Shown one piece after another: positions 44,727-46,298 of a stretch of 46,298 nt of DNA (position 1 is its first letter; each line of letters opens with the position of its first letter). Location: contig CAZGRI010000003.1 of the NCBI GenBank assembly GCA_964528205.1, positions 1 through 46,298 of the forward strand. Reading direction: 5' to 3'. The translations under genes and the position numbers were made by a program. Source of the stretch: an uncultured Dehalococcoidia bacterium. Its GTDB lineage: Bacteria > Chloroflexota > Dehalococcoidia > Lucifugimonadales > CAZGRI01. The notes beneath the pieces are model-generated. The model worked only from the letters and a program-made list of their open reading frames with translations. It was not told the origin of the DNA and did no database searches.

Positions 44727-44921
44727 CTACACCGCGGACCGCGAGACCGACCTCCGTGGCCGCATGACCATTCCCTGCAGGCAGGAGGACGACAGCGCCG
44801 CCTTTTCCGTCTCCGTCAGGCAGTACCCGCAGTGAAGACAGGTCAGGTACGCGCCGTATATGTCCTGGTTGTCGGCCACGTCGCCGTCTATGCAACGAGG
44901 GCAGCATTTGAGCCAGAGCAT
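44727..44921 (-). CDS. Small zinc-ribbon protein (64 aa)
   Basis: The ATG at 44921 (MLWLKCCPRCIDGDVADNQDIYGAYLTCLHCGYCLTE...) is preceded by GGAGGG. The CPRC-x17-CLHCGY arrangement is a classic 4-Cys ribbon. Confidence 0.5.
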   Translation of the reverse strand: MLWLKCCPRCIDGDVADNQDIYGAYLTCLHCGYCLTETEKAALSSSCLQGMVMRPRRSVSRSAV

Positions 44922-45000
44922 TTTCGCACCCTCCGTGCCTCGCCCGCCCAGGTCCCTTGGAATGGGCCGGCCGTCCAAATTCGACTGTTTCCATAGACGG

Positions 45001-45033
45001 ATGTTAGCGAACGACTGTTAAGGAAATATGAAG
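45001..45033 (-). promoter_or_regulatory. Regulon box C plus a -10-like hexamer upstream of the zinc-ribbon gene
   Basis: Minus strand reads CTTCATA-tttc-CTTAACA (45033-45016), then 9 nt, then TAACAT (45006-45001). Confidence 0.55.
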
Positions 45034-45182
45034 CCCTCAGGAAAGCGGCTTCAAACTGGGTCTGTCACTGCTCTTCGCCTCCCCGACACCGTTGACCCAG
45101 AGACGCTCCTCTCATAGACTTACCCCACCGACAGTTGAGTCACACGCAATCCGTCCACTGTCTATCCAAAAAAGGAGCTGAA

Positions 45183-46239
45183 ATGCCGAACGTCGCCGCC
45201 AGAGACCTTCACGCCCTGGTCAAGGATATCCTCGTGGCAGCCGGCGCCAGCGAGACGAACGCTGAACGGATGGGAGAGGCGCTGGTCTCGTCCAACATGG
45301 CCGGCGTCGACACCCACGGGGTCGTCCCCCTGGCGCTCTACGTCTCCCAGATAAAGAGCGGCGAGCTTGTACCGACGGCATCGCCCGAGATCGTCAAGGA
45401 AACGGCCAACTCGGCGCTGGTGAGGGGCAACTGGACCTTCGGCCACGTGGTCGCCGAGTACACAATGAGGCTGGCCATCGACAAGGCCCGAGACCACGAT
45501 ATCGGAATCGCCAGCATGATGGAGTCGGGCCACATCGGCCGGCTCGGCGAATACGCCGAAATGGCCATTGCGGAGGGAATGATCGGATTGGTGCTGGCGG
45601 GCGGATACGGCGCGGAGGTCCCCACCGCGGTCCCGTTTGGCGGCCGGGAGGCTGCCCTGCACACCAACCCTGTATCCATGGGCTTTCCCGCTGGTGACGA
45701 GACGCCGATGTTCTTCGACTTCGCTACCACGACCATCGCGGGCACAAAAGCTAACCTGGCCAAAAACCGCGGCGAGCAGGTGCCGCCGGGCAGCATGATC
45801 GACGACGAGGGCAACTTGACTACGGACGCGTCCGGCTGGCCCGATAGGCGTGCCCTCACGGCCTTCGGGCAGCACAAGGGCTACGCGATCATGCTGGCCA
45901 ACGAGGTGATGGGCAGGATACTCTCCGACGCCGACTCCTACGCCGACACGGAAAAGGGAGGCGTCACCATGCGGCACCAGGGCGTGACGATGATCGCCAT
46001 CAAGGCCGACCTGTTCCAGCCGATGGCCCGTTTCGGAGGCCGGGTCGACGACCTGGAGCGTAAGATGCGGGCCCGTGCCGCCGGCCAAAGGGTTTCAGGA
46101 GGTGCTGGTGCCCGGCGACCTGGAGGCGAAGGCCAGAGAGTCCAGGAGCAGGGACGGCGTCCCCGTCATGGACGACATCTGGGCGTCGCTGACCGGGCTG
46201 GCCGAGGAGTTCGGGGTGGCCTTGCCGAGCGTATCCTAA
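45183..46239 (+). pseudogene. Ldh2-family (malate/L-lactate/ureidoglycolate) dehydrogenase with an apparent +1 frameshift at a C-run near 46072
   Basis: Translation from the ATG at 45183 is typical of the family (MPNVAARDLHALVKDILVAAGASETNAERMGEALVSSNMAGVDTHGV...HKGYAIMLANEV...). After ...DDLERKMRA the frame becomes Arg/Gly junk with no stop in the window. The +1 frame reads VPPAKGFQEVLVPGDLEAKARESRSRDGVPVMDDIWASLTGLAEEFGVALPSVS*, which is the expected family C-terminus. The listed minus ORF 45162..46088 is a shadow. Confidence 0.8.
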
Positions 46240-46245
46240 ATCGAC

Positions 46246-46298
46246 GGGCCGGTAGCTCAGTCTGGTCAGAGCATCGGACTTTTAATCCGAGTGTCCAG
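46246..46298 (+). tRNA. tRNA-Lys (anticodon TTT), truncated by the window end
   Basis: Acceptor gggccgg, D arm gctcagtctggtcagagc, anticodon stem-loop tcgga-ctTTTaa-tccga. The T arm is cut off. Confidence 0.85.

Noticed and set aside
45162-46088. 308-aa minus-strand ORF listed in the track
   Set aside because: The plus strand encodes a clear Ldh2-family dehydrogenase. That gene is not listed only because its frameshifted frame has no stop inside the window. The minus ORF is its shadow.
1-46298. CRISPR arrays, rRNA genes, transposases/IS elements, recognisable defence systems (restriction-modification, toxin-antitoxin, CBASS-like etc.)
   Set aside because: I saw no regularly spaced direct repeats, no rRNA-like segments, no transposase, integrase or Cas motifs, and no defence-gene signatures on either strand.

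Overview
High-GC bacterial chromosomal window. Gene content and REP-like elements suggest Chloroflexota or a similar lineage, but that is inference only. It is mostly housekeeping and catabolic genes. I found no rRNA, CRISPR array, transposase or integrase.

Left to right:
- a partial sulfatase
- a complete riboflavin operon (ribD-ribE-ribBA-ribH)
- tRNA-Gln and tRNA-Glu
- a zinc-finger/GIY-YIG nuclease
- GNAT, cupin and sugar-isomerase genes
- malate synthase
- an unannotated 47-aa DUF5679-type zinc-ribbon gene behind a long structured leader
- a split ComDE-like ThDP decarboxylase plus an SDR
- rpiB
- a large alpha/beta-hydrolase-like protein
- an acVLRF1-type peptidyl-tRNA hydrolase
- a 2Fe-2S ferredoxin-like protein
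- an S51 peptidase flanked by REP-like hairpins
- two tandem MMPL transporters, the second frameshifted, followed by an SDR relic
- amidohydrolase, class IV aminotransferase and ThDP-enzyme genes
- an LVIVD-repeat lipoprotein
- acs
- DoxX

The most interesting part is a roughly 12-kb block, all on the minus strand (33.0-45.0 kb). It encodes a small zinc-ribbon protein, a DUF2680/CpxP-like secreted protein, HtrA, an OmpR-family response regulator and a histidine kinase. These are followed by an unusually long HlyD-type adaptor, a MacB-type ABC exporter, a DUF5666-like glycine-rich protein, a membrane protein and a YceI lipoprotein.

Four transcription units in this block are each preceded by the same AT-rich 18-bp direct-repeat box, CTTCAwA-N4-CTyAACA. 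In every case the box sits 9 nt upstream of a TAnnnT-like hexamer, which is a Pho-box-like architecture. I interpret this as a self-contained, autoregulated envelope-stress/export regulon.

Two genes (MMPL-2 and an Ldh2-family dehydrogenase) carry single-base frameshifts. These are either pseudogenes or assembly indels. The window ends in a partial tRNA-Lys.

All family calls come from motif recognition by eye. No database search was run.
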